Positions 13,935 through 25,900 of a DNA stretch of 64,000 bases are shown here, piece by piece. This DNA is from Lytechinus pictus (taxonomy: Eukaryota): the NCBI RefSeq assembly GCF_037042905.1, contig NC_087263.1, positions 8,000,001-8,064,000 of the forward strand, read 5' to 3'. Positions within the stretch are counted from its first letter, which is position 1. Each line of letters opens with the position of its first letter. The notes beneath the pieces are model-generated. The model saw only the letters and a program-made list of their open reading frames with translations, made no database searches and was not told the origin of the DNA. The translations under genes were made by a program, and so were the position numbers.

Positions 13935-16900
13935 GCTGCTATTACTGCTACTTCTGCTACTACTACTTCTATTGCTACTTCAATCACAACTGCTACTACT
14001 TCCAGCTGTATTAAGGACGTTCCACAGTTATGTTTGTGCGCATTATGATCTGCGCATAATTTACACTCTGCGCGCTGACGTCACAATGGATGAACAGGTT
14101 ACTAATTAGCTGCGGGTATGAGCTGATTTTTCTCATCTTCTGCACTTAATTGCAGATCCGATGCGGTATTTCATGAAGCTAAAAAATTGAATTATTTCAT
14201 GGACCATTCTAAAAAAAATCTCTACAATTTCAAAATACTTTACTCTGCAGTGCTGCCAAGAATCACGAATATTACCACGAGTTTGAATAAATGGCAGAGT
14301 GGTTTTGATTTTTTCTTCACATAGATACAAAGCATTCGGCGCATTTTTGGTGTTTTAAAAAGCACATTTACTCTAATAAAAATGCTGATAGTTTAAAAAC
14401 AAGCACATGAACCCCTATTTTTTAATGTTTGTTCCTCTTAGGTATACCTTCCTCTACAACTCTGCAAATTTTGGTGAAAATGACATGGATTTTGAATAAA
14501 GTGCAGCATTTATTATACTTTTGTAGTTTGTTACTGAAATTTCACATTTTTTAGATTGGGATTTTGTTATCTTTTACGCCATTTTTCAGAACTGATAGTG
14601 CTGTTAAACTTAAAATTGCAAACAAATAGCACTATAAATAGATTCTCCATTCTAATGATATAATTATTAACTCTCTTGCGAAATTTGATGACTTTTTCAT
14701 GTATTTTGACTGAGTAATAGAGGTTTTAACTCATTGTAGTTACCTTGGGCGGTCTAAAAATGTCAAATTCTTTTGAATGCGCAATTCTTTAGAACATCAA
14801 TTTGGATGAACTTTGAAGCTCTATAGCAAAAAATCAAGCACATAGACCTATGTTAATTTTTGCATATTTCGAATATTAAGGTTCTAAAGTATATATGGGC
14901 AAAGTTTGGTGAAAATGACATGGATTTCACTTTAACTGTGGAACGTCCTTAAATTGAGTTTTCATTCAAACATTTAAGGGTCTTAACCCATACTGATACA
15001 TCAGATACATCTACATGTAAATGAAAGGAGATAACATCAATTTACAAAGCTAGAAAATTACTTCAAAGTAGAATTACTTACCTCTAATATTTTATCTTTG
15101 CATTTTGCCATTTCTGCAAAGGCCATTTTATCCACTGTAAGAAGAACCAAACAAGCAGGACTCTCGCTGAGGTACGATATATGCGCGTGAAGGAAACCAC
15201 TACTATCAAACTTTGGTAGGCAAATTGGCAACCATGAGTCGGAGTGTTTGAACGACGTTGATTTATTTAGTAGATTCAAAATAAGATGTAAATCTAAAGT
15301 AAAGTTAGAAAAAACAATATGAATGAAAAACAAAAAAACTGTGGAGTTATCTTATAAGAATCACCATAAATTTCCCTGTAAAGTTTAAAGCTGTTTGTAG
15401 CTATCCAGTTACAGAAACCATTTAGGTGGTCTGTCTACGACAGAACACCTGGCGTTTTCGTAAGAATTTTCAACATTTATTCATTTTTATAGGCAAAGTT
15501 AGTTGCTAAGTTTTCTTGATATCAGGCATGTTAATTTTCATCTATCCAAGATACGCCAGAATAACCTTTCCAAGGTCATCAGGTCAAGATGATGTCATCT
15601 AGGCGCCATTTTGTAAAATCATTTAATTGCTCGTATCATCATAACAGATCATCAATAATATTTGCAGCACATAAATTCAGGTCAAGGGTCAACTGTCCGT
15701 GTTATCAAAGATCATGCAAATGTCGTGACTTGCGTGTGCATGCATCAAACCATCAACCAGGATTAACTTTTAGTACGTTTAAAACATTTCAACATTATGG
15801 GCACGCACGTATGTACAAGCATAACGTCATTACGCAACAGAGAATCGCTGTTTTCTTTATGTATATGCATTAGGTATGTAATTCTGAATAATTTGATACC
15901 TTGTTCAACTCTCAACGATCATTAATAAGGAAATCAGTGCCCAATAAACATTGCACCACGTGTGCTCTTTCCATAGGTTTTATATGGGCAAAAACATGCT
16001 TTAGAAAATTCAATGTAGCTATTCAAAATGAACAGGGACCTCCAATGTTTTTCTTCAAAGTTGGATAGAATAGTAGTCTGTGATGTGATTCAATGTCTCC
16101 TTTGGACCTCAAGTATATCATGAGGGTGTCGTAATGGCCACGGAACTCAATTACCAATTTTCACCATATGACGTCAAGTCTATGGAAATTTTGCCGTATC
16201 TCTGCAATGAGCGGTTGTTTTTCTGTGACATTTTGATATGTTGTAGCCAAGACGATTCTCTATAAATTACTAGCAATAATTTTCACTTTTTACCACAGCA
16301 TCAATAAGATAATATCTGTTGAAGATTTTGCGAAAGATTTTCAAAGCCTATTTTTAAGAAATTTTATGTTGAAATTTATCATTAGTGATTGGAATGAAAT
16401 TGCTGTGAAATTGAAGCCCACTTGCTCTGGGTAGTTTTATGCAGGACATTTGTATAAATTTTCTGGAACTTTTTTTTGGATCAATTAAATGTCAATAGTG
16501 AATTTTCAAGTAAACGCTGTAAAATTGATGCCCTCTTGCACTGCATATTTCACCATGGACATTTTCCAGAAATTTCACTGAACTTTCTTTGTGCAATTTC
16601 TTGTTGCGACATTTCCACAGCTGGGAAGTTTACAACACCTTGCACTGTGCAATATTCAGCCAAACATTTTTGTGTCAAATTGTTTGAAATTTTTTCTGGA
16701 AATTTTCATGGCGTAGTACGTGGCTCAAACTTAATTTCATAACCTATTTGCGTTTCGGTCTTTTGCGAGCATTATCACTATCATCATCATCATAATCATT
16801 ATGATTATTATAATCATCATCATCCTTATGATTATTATTCCCATTGTAATGATCACTTTTGTCATGGAATTTGATTCCTATGAATTCTACTGATCAAGAT

Positions 16901-19900
16901 CATCAATGAGATAATTTGTAAATAATTCACCCGGTATTGAATTAAAGATGATGACAGACCACCTAATTCGTCCTCATGACGAATCAAAATCTAGTTGCAA
17001 TTATTTTCCACATACTAAAAACCTTGCTACAGGATTGGTATACAAATGATCTATGCATGCACACAAGTTCATTATGCGATATTTCCTCACTCGAGTTGAG
17101 GCTCTGTTCAATCCATTGCATGAAGCCGTCAGGCTGAATGCATGAGGTGAGTACAGTCTCGACGATAACGGATGAATGAAGACATGCATCATTTGGTTTA
17201 TACAACAACTCTTCTAGATCGTGTTATTTGACAAAATAGAAGGAAAGTAAAAACAAAAGCAGATGGAATTGAAATATATTTTGCCATTGTCCGACAATTC
17301 ATTTTCTCTGAAAACATGATTATTTTCCCCGAGTATGAAAGCAGTAAATAGTTTTCGTTCTTTTGTGATGCACTTTGATTCATGATCTGAGTGCACACAG
17401 TTATTGATGTTAAACACACACACACAAATACAAATGTACTCCTTCACACATGCTCAGTGGTACACACTGAGGGAGAGAGCTCAACCGAGCAATGGAAAAA
17501 TAAACAAGGCAAACGCCAAGCGTTGTCTCGCCTGCATATTGCAGTCATGAAGAGAATGCATGTCAAAACTATGCTATATGACTTAGATGGACCTCTGTTA
17601 CGAGTTTGGCGATCCCACCTCGAAGCTATATAAAGTTATTGTGTGTACAACACAGCACAGTGCCAGTCATGGAAAGTTCATTGACCTTTGACCTTAATCA
17701 AATTCAACTCACATTCGAACTTGACCTGCACCTTCAAGAGATGGACCTCTTGTATGAATTTGGCAATCCTACCTCGAAGAAATAAAAAGTTATGTGTACA
17801 ACACAGCACAGTGCCAGTCATGGAAAGTTCATTGACCTTTGACCTTAATCAAATTCAACTCACATTTGAACTTGACCTGCACCTTCAAAAGATGAACCTC
17901 TTGTATGAATTTGGCAATCCTACCTCGAAGATATAGAAAGTTATTGTGTGTACAGCACAGCACAGTGCCAGTCATGGAAAGTTCATTGACCTTTGACCTT
18001 ATTCAAATTCGGCTCACATTTGAACTTGACCTGTACCTTCAAGAGATGGACCTCTGTTATGAATTTGGCTATCTCACCTCGAAGCTATAGAAAGTTATTG
18101 TGTGTACAACACAGCACAGAGCCAGTCATAGAAAGTTCATTGACCTTTGACCTTATTCAAATTCGACTCATATTCGAACTTGACCTGTACCTTCAAGAGA
18201 TGGACATCTGTTATGAATTGGGTGATCCCACCTCGAAGATATAGAAAGTTATTATGTGTACAACACTGCACAGTGCAAGTCATGGAAAGTTCATTGACCT
18301 TTGACCTTATTCAAATTCGACTCATATTCGAACTTGACCTGTGCCTTCAGGAGATGGACCTCTGGTATGAATTTGGTGATCCCACCTCGAAGCTATAGAA
18401 ACTAATTGGGTGTACAACACAATTGTTGACGACGACGCCGGAAATAGTGATACCTACATGTATGTCTCGCTCCGCTACGCAGGCGAGACAAAAATGCATG
18501 GTTGCCGTGCAATGGAAAATAAAATTTGCAAGCAGCTCAAAATGGATCAAAAACTGAATGGCTTTCAACAAATCAAATTACAAGAATCTTTGTATGAGTT
18601 GTATAATACATAATCAATCACTTATGCGACATCACATAATCCTATAATCTTTGATGGATTTTCACTGAATTGTCAATTTTTCTGTTTCTATTATTTTTCC
18701 ACTCTCACCAAGACCATACCCCATGTCCACTAACCTGCTGGATGTAGGATATATTTCTTCATTCGAACTAGTGTGACTAACTGGTTGTCGGCTATGAGGA
18801 TGGCAAAGACCAAATCTTTGACCTTGGCGCTGTGCATGGCGCTACCGATCATATCACGTATCGTGCTGTCTAGCGGTAGGCATCTGATAGCGGTGAGGAG
18901 GAAACACGGATCGTGGTCCATCAATTGTATTAGGTTATCCAGGAAGATCTCGGTACCTGATATAAACACGAGAAAAGAAATGGGTGCTGGTTGATTTTTA
19001 TTTCAATGATAGACGATTATCGCCAGCAAAATATCCCAGATAATACAACATATCGCCAAATCTGAAAATTCATCATATATATATGTTCATTATGAGCTGC
19101 AATTCCGTGAGAGCATGGAAGGAGGAAATGAAAGTAATGCGTTAATCAAAGCTTGTCCATAAAAAGCAAGCATTTGGGTACCAACTAATGAAGTTCTGAG
19201 TTGGTTTAAAGCAATATTAGCAGCATTTTGGTCAATAATTAGTGATTAACTTTTCATAATCAACAACATTTTGTTCATATCTTGTCTTTGCAATATATCA
19301 ACATAATCATTAAACCATTATTATATATTAAATATTTTTTTTAATATCACCCAGCACTAGAAGAGATTGTGAATCTATGAGGGAGAACGAGATTGAAATA
19401 ATCGAACAGAAAAAGAAACAGAATGATGGCAACCACCAAAGCCGACTCACACCCCCCCCCTCCCTAAAGATCTTGGCTGTCAACTCAACATGAATGCTTC
19501 ACATTTTACAATCAGAGCTGCCAATTATGATATTTATCTTTCTGGGAGAATTTACTGAGGAAGGAGGGAAAACTTTATCAATTACACACAATCCAATGAA
19601 ACAAAGCAATGTATGAATCAGGGATTTGTTAAAAATCTGCAGTTTTTCACTTGAAAATCAGTCAATTTTCAGGGAGTCTCCTGGACAATCAGAGAGACTT
19701 GGCAGCCCTGTGTAACCTACAAAACTGGAAGTCAAACTCCCTGAAATGTCTCATAATGCACGTGTGTAATCGAGTGTTTCTTAAAGACCAATGAGGTGTG
19801 ATTATTTACCTCATGTCACCATTGACCATTGCCGGCCGCACTTAAATCGTGTTACCCTGACAGAGTGCTAACAGTAAGCCAAGTCACATCTTTTGGATTC

Positions 19901-22900
19901 TTGAGTCAAAACATTTATTTCAATATGAGAGTAATGCATTGATGTAACATTAGGCATCGCTGCCACATTACGAATTGTAACAGGGCTTCTATTCGTGCAT
20001 TGTTGGCGCTAACCTCAAACCTCTACGTGAACTCAGAACTTCCCCATAAATTTTGGATTACAAATGCACACCGCAACGCCCAACATAATGCCCTACTTTA
20101 TTATTCTAATTTATGCCTAAAATCAAAGGTTCGCACTAATTTACTCAACATCATCTCCCACAGGCTATTTCTTGTTTGCAGACTCTTTGTCGAATTCTTA
20201 TCAAACACACGTACAAAACAAGTCACATGAAGCTAAGCAATACATGTATATCATTGCTCTGAACATTTGACCGCACATATTGATACCATCAATAAAAAAA
20301 TAGCCCTACCATAATGCACTATGTTGTAGATTTAATAGCAAATGAAGAGCGGTGCTTTGGAGTGAGGGATTTGAACCCTGAAATTGAGCTTCAAAGTCAG
20401 GGAACTGATCACCAGACCCAAAACACCAAAGGTTATGATACAGACCACTACTTGAGTCCTTACCTCCTAAAAGCTTTCGTAGATCATAATTATCTCTCTT
20501 CTTGAATATACTACTTATTCGTGAGTAGGTTAAAACGCTGATTATATGGTTGTAAACATAGGTCAGCTGCATCAGTAACTGTGAAGAGAAGAAGAATTCC
20601 AATAGTTATATTATATTGGATGGCTCAGAATAGGATGCTTTGGCCCACGTCTTCAAAACAGTTGCGATTGATCCGATCAACCACGACTGGGGAGAGAAGA
20701 AGAATTCCAATAGTTATATTATATTGGATGGCTCAGAATAGGATGCTTTGGCCCACGTCTACAAAAGAGCTGCGATTGATCCGATCAACCACGACTGTGA
20801 AGAGAAGAAGAATTCCAATATTTATATTATATTGGATGGCTCATAATGGGATGCTTTGGCCCCATCTTCAAAAGAGTTGCGATTGATCCGATCAACCATG
20901 ACTGTGGAGAGCAAGCAACGCCAACATCTAAAATGCTTGCTTGTTCAAAATGTTTCCAAGATATAATGTACACTTGCAGGGTTCCCACAGAAATTGGAAA
21001 ACAGAATTCCATGACTTCCCGTGACGTCCCGGAATTATGTAGAATTTGGGAGGTCACAAAACTGGGAAAAATGAAAATCATGAACACCAATTATAATAGC
21101 AGAGTATGATCACAGAGTATGAGAGTTGCGAGACATGACAAACTGGAAAGCTGCCATGGCCAAGAGGTAAATGCAATTCCCAGACTTTCCATGACTGTGG
21201 GAACCCTGACTCATCGTTTATAATTCAGGGTGCTCTCTTTGCTTACAAAGAACATTGTGCAAATCTTTTTGTAGGAAAAATTACGACAATGACAGATTTC
21301 AATATACTTGAGGTTGATTGGATTAATCGGAACTCTAAAGACGATACAAGGATACATTCCAAAAGGAAATATTACATGACTCATTGACAAGTACAATGTT
21401 GGCCAGGCCCTTGTGAATGTTTTTGGCATCCCAAATAATTATCATCTTACCAATCATTCATTATTCATTAGATCTGGCAATACAGTACAATACTGTACCC
21501 AAGTGTTGCATAATAAACCTAAGGGGAATTCGCTAGATTTCAGCAGAAGTGCAAACAACAATAAATCTATGATTTTGGGATATAAACATAATTTTTATTG
21601 AATTTGTACATGAAATCATGCTTTTGAGCAATTTTGGGTCTGACACTCACTTTAATCCTGTGAATCAGAAATTCAATATCACGAGTTGCACAATTTTTTT
21701 TTATTTTTAAAGTACTGAAACACTGTTTTGATGGCTTCTTATGCTGCTGACATATTACTCCAAATGTAAACATGGGGCCATTATCCCCCCCCCCCCCCGG
21801 TGGTATTATGATAACGACTGATTGCCTTTTTATATAGCGACCATTAGAAGAGTTATTAGATAGAGCTATAAGTAGGAGAATAAGAACATAATAGATAAAC
21901 TGCAAACAAACTGAATCCTACCTGTTGTTGGGATTCATTGGTTTTAGACACAGCTACAAGTATTAGAGGTTGCCGTAATAAGAACACATACAGATGATTA
22001 CCGGCTCGAAATGACCTGAAAAAAGAATAACAATTTGAGCGAGAAATTATGTTTGTGTGCAACAAAATAATGAAAAGATGTAAACAAATCCTGCAGAAAG
22101 CAAGACCGCTCTACACAGATTTTGGTGCAAAGTCACTTGGAAAGACATGCCTGGTGTTCACTCACCTGGTGAAATGTCGCAACACAGAAAATTGTATGTT
22201 TCTTGTTTTGCAATTTTCCCCATTTCCAGTTAAACATTCACAACTGATCATGAGTCTTTCAGATGTCTTTGTATGGTCTATCAAGGGTCTTGGTATGGTC
22301 TATCAGAGGACTGCCCGTAGTCTTTCAATGATCTTTCCAAGGTCTATGGTCTTCCAAAGGTCTTATACTTGACTTTCACTGGACATTAAATGGTCTTTCA
22401 ATGTTCTATGGTCTTCCAGTGGTCTTGGAGTAGTTCTTCATTGGTCTGTAAGTGACCTTTCTACTGTCTTTGAGTTATCTACAGTGACCTTACTATGGTC
22501 TTTCAGTGGCCTCTCTATTGCCACTCAGTAGTCTTTCAATGGTCTTTCAGTTGATGTTGGTCATTCAATGGTCTTTTAATAAACTTTCCCTGGACTGACA
22601 ATAGTCTTTGACTGGTCAATATATGATCTTCCAGTATCTTTCTATTGTCTTTCAGTGGCCTTTCAATGTTTTTTCAATGGTTTATAGTGATCACATACCT
22701 GAGAGTATCCTTTTCCAGTTGTACGAACGAAACCAATGTCAGCATCACACCCATCAGAGGATTCAATTTGTCTTCTTTTCCATACCTAAAAAACAAAGAA
22801 AGGTTTATGCAATGGGACTAAGATATTTTCAATTCATTCAGCTACATGTAATAATGAAATAGTTATCCAGCTTTGTTAAAAAAGAAATCCATCCTTCTTT

Positions 22901-25900
22901 CTCAGTTGATGTGGAAGAGGTTCATCATGGTGAAGGATTGAGTAGAATAACCAGTTGTCTCATGATTTTTTAAATGTAGCTTTCCAACTACGTTTGATAC
23001 ATTTTGAGACAACTGGTTAATTCCTTCTACTCAATTCTTTCTCAGTTGTTTCCAACAACCATAATCATACAACCAATAATTTAAGGCTAACCTCAACTGA
23101 GCAGTGAATAATGATTTCAACAGAGCCTTCAAACTTCAGTCTAACACTTTCCATACCACCAAATTAGTTTATGGAGATCAATTGAAATCGGACATAGTTT
23201 TATCCTGTGAAAATATTGGAATCTAGCCTAAAACAGATGGATGATATGGGGACAGGTATAATAATAAAATAAACACTACTAAAAATAATAACAATAGGAG
23301 TTGAAATAATAACAAAAATAATAAATGATAATAATAATAAAATACAAATGTCATATTTCCCCAGGGTAACCACATCAGTTCTGAAAACCGGACCCTAAAT
23401 CATTTCAGACCATTTCAACAACTGGAATTTATAGTTACTTAAATTAAACACATTTTGTTTCCTGGAAGAAAGGAAATCTACAAACTTACCTAGAATAAAT
23501 AGGCTTGCCAGCATCACTGAAAACGAACACATGCTTCTTCTGTTGCCTCCATTCAGTGGTGCAAATATCTGGGAAAATATAAATTTACAGCAATTACATG
23601 TATTAATCAAACAAAATGATTAATTAAAGATGTCTTTAGCTTTTGTAAAAAGGTCAGGAATATGAACTTGATATACTCATCTCCTACTCAATTTTCTACC
23701 CCTTTATTCACATCCTCCTGCCCCCCCCCTGTTCCTGTTCTTCTACTTTGATTTAAACTTCCTCGTCTGCTTCAATGTTTGTTTGTTCCTCTCCAGCCTC
23801 TTCCTTTGTCTTCTACTTTCTCCTTGTTCTTCTTTCTTTTTTTCTTATTTTTTTCCTTCATCTTATTCTTTTTTTTTATTCTTTGTTGTCCTCTCATTCT
23901 TCTTCCTCTCCTCCTTATCCTCCCTCTCTCTCTATTTCTCATGTTTAACTACCTACCTTCTACCACTTGCCCTCTATCTAGCCCTCTCCCTCTTTTTCTC
24001 TGTCTCTCTTTGCCTCTCTCTCCTATCTACCTTCAACCACTTGCAACTCTATCTATCCCTCTCTCTCCGCCTCTTTCTTTATTCGTCTCTCCATCTCTCC
24101 TATTTTATCCTATCTAACTACTTACCTTCGACCACTTGCCCTCTCTCTGTGTGCTGGACCTTATCTACCATGCTCCCGGATCGTATCCTCATTTCTTCTT
24201 CCTCAGATGCGGCCGGTGTCGAAGATTCTGCTTCACTGTTCAGCTCATTCTCTTGTACTCTCTCATTGGTTTCTTGGCTCATTGAGAGTTCATTGACCTC
24301 TGCTATTAGTTCGTTGACCCTGTCGACGCCATCAGCACAATCTCCGGGCTATGGAAACAATATACAGAATTTCCAGGTGAGTCTTCATACAGTTTGTATT
24401 ACCGATTGCATTCATTTAGCATCACAAAATAATTCAAAGGCGCTTCAAACTTTGCAACATCTTTCCAAAAGGAATTTGAACAGAAAGATGATGAATAAGG
24501 GCCAAAACACATTTTCAATGTCTTTAATTTCTCCCAAAAAAGTATGGTAAAAATAGCTGACCGGAAATTTTGTAAAATTTTCCAGTGTTTCCACAGGAAA
24601 CACAAGTTCAATAATACTATACCGAAAATATTTCACATGCGAAGAGGGGTGCGATCAGAAGCTGATATTGTAAGAAAATAAACACAACAATATCGGCAAA
24701 AAATTTACATCTTTATTAGAGAAGTAGAGTCAATTCAGCTTCTCATGGTCTTCAAGTATCCTGAGCCACATTGTAGATCACCAGTGAACATTAAACATAT
24801 CCAAAACTGTACACGCTTGAACATTTTTTTGGTGTGCATACAGGTGTAGGCCTACATGTACATTATGATTTTTTCTTTTTTTGTGCATGTAGATTTATAA
24901 ACTTATGCATAGAAAAATATCATGTTATGTTATGTCATGTTCCATTACATGGTCAAAAGATATTTTTAAATATGCTGCCATGTAAAGACAATTTCAAAAG
25001 CTTAATAGTAATACCACTATTGACTTACTGGAACTTCGTCAAAGACTTCGGATTCAAGATTTATCAATTCTCCTACTGGCACTGATGGTGGAAGAACATC
25101 ATCATTCTCAACTATCTCAGCAATGGTTCCACTTTTTAGTCTTCTTTTCACTTGGCTATCATCCACACTCAGATCGTAGTCTAGTTCTTCATAAGAATCT
25201 CCAGCAACCAACATCGAATGTTGACTGCAAAATGAAGAGATAAAATATCAGTCTTTCATTACTGCTCCACAGGAACCATGTTTAATACAAACAAAATTGT
25301 GGGAAAACTTGAAGTAAAGATAAAGCTTACTAATTCTTTCAAGCTTTTCAAGGGCTGTGGGTGAATTCTCATCCTAAATGCAGCTAAAGGCCTGGAAAAA
25401 CTAAAAATTTAAAAACAAATTTAAATTTTGATTGTAAACAATTTTTATTAATAATTATTCACAATAAAAATTTAAATTCTATTACAGCTATTTGTTAAAT
25501 AATAATTTTTATCTATAAAAAATTCTTCAAAACGGCATTTCGTAACACCGCTCATTGAAGCTACATCATGATATAATAAAAAAGCGGTTCAAGGGTCACT
25601 CAAGCCTATATTGACATTGTATTTTAATTTGCAGTGTTTACACAATTACGAATGGATACAAGAGATCGGTCTGGTAAGAAACCTCACTTTTTTTTTTTTT
25701 TTGCGTGCGAAATGCTCATACCTTTATACGCATTAAGTTAGGTGTATAAAGGTAGATCTAGGCCAATGTAATTATTTAAAAAAATTGGTTTAAAATTTTT
25801 AATGCAATTGGCTAGGTAGAACAAAAAAAACGAAACATTTCTACTAAAAAGCAATAGCTTAATAGGTTCTTTATTAGCATTATTGTCAAAGACATTGCTG

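Noticed and set aside
13675..14109. Poly-Pro/Leu, poly-Thr and poly-Val ORFs
   Set aside because: Translation of an intronic (CAC)n(TAC)n microsatellite.
17585..18420. Regular repeats resembling a CRISPR array or repeat-protein ORFs
   Set aside because: Whole units repeat with no unique spacers; eukaryotic context with no cas genes; stops in every frame.
23783..24550. 255-aa plus-strand ORF
   Set aside because: CT-rich low-complexity tract plus the antisense of MON1 exon 3.
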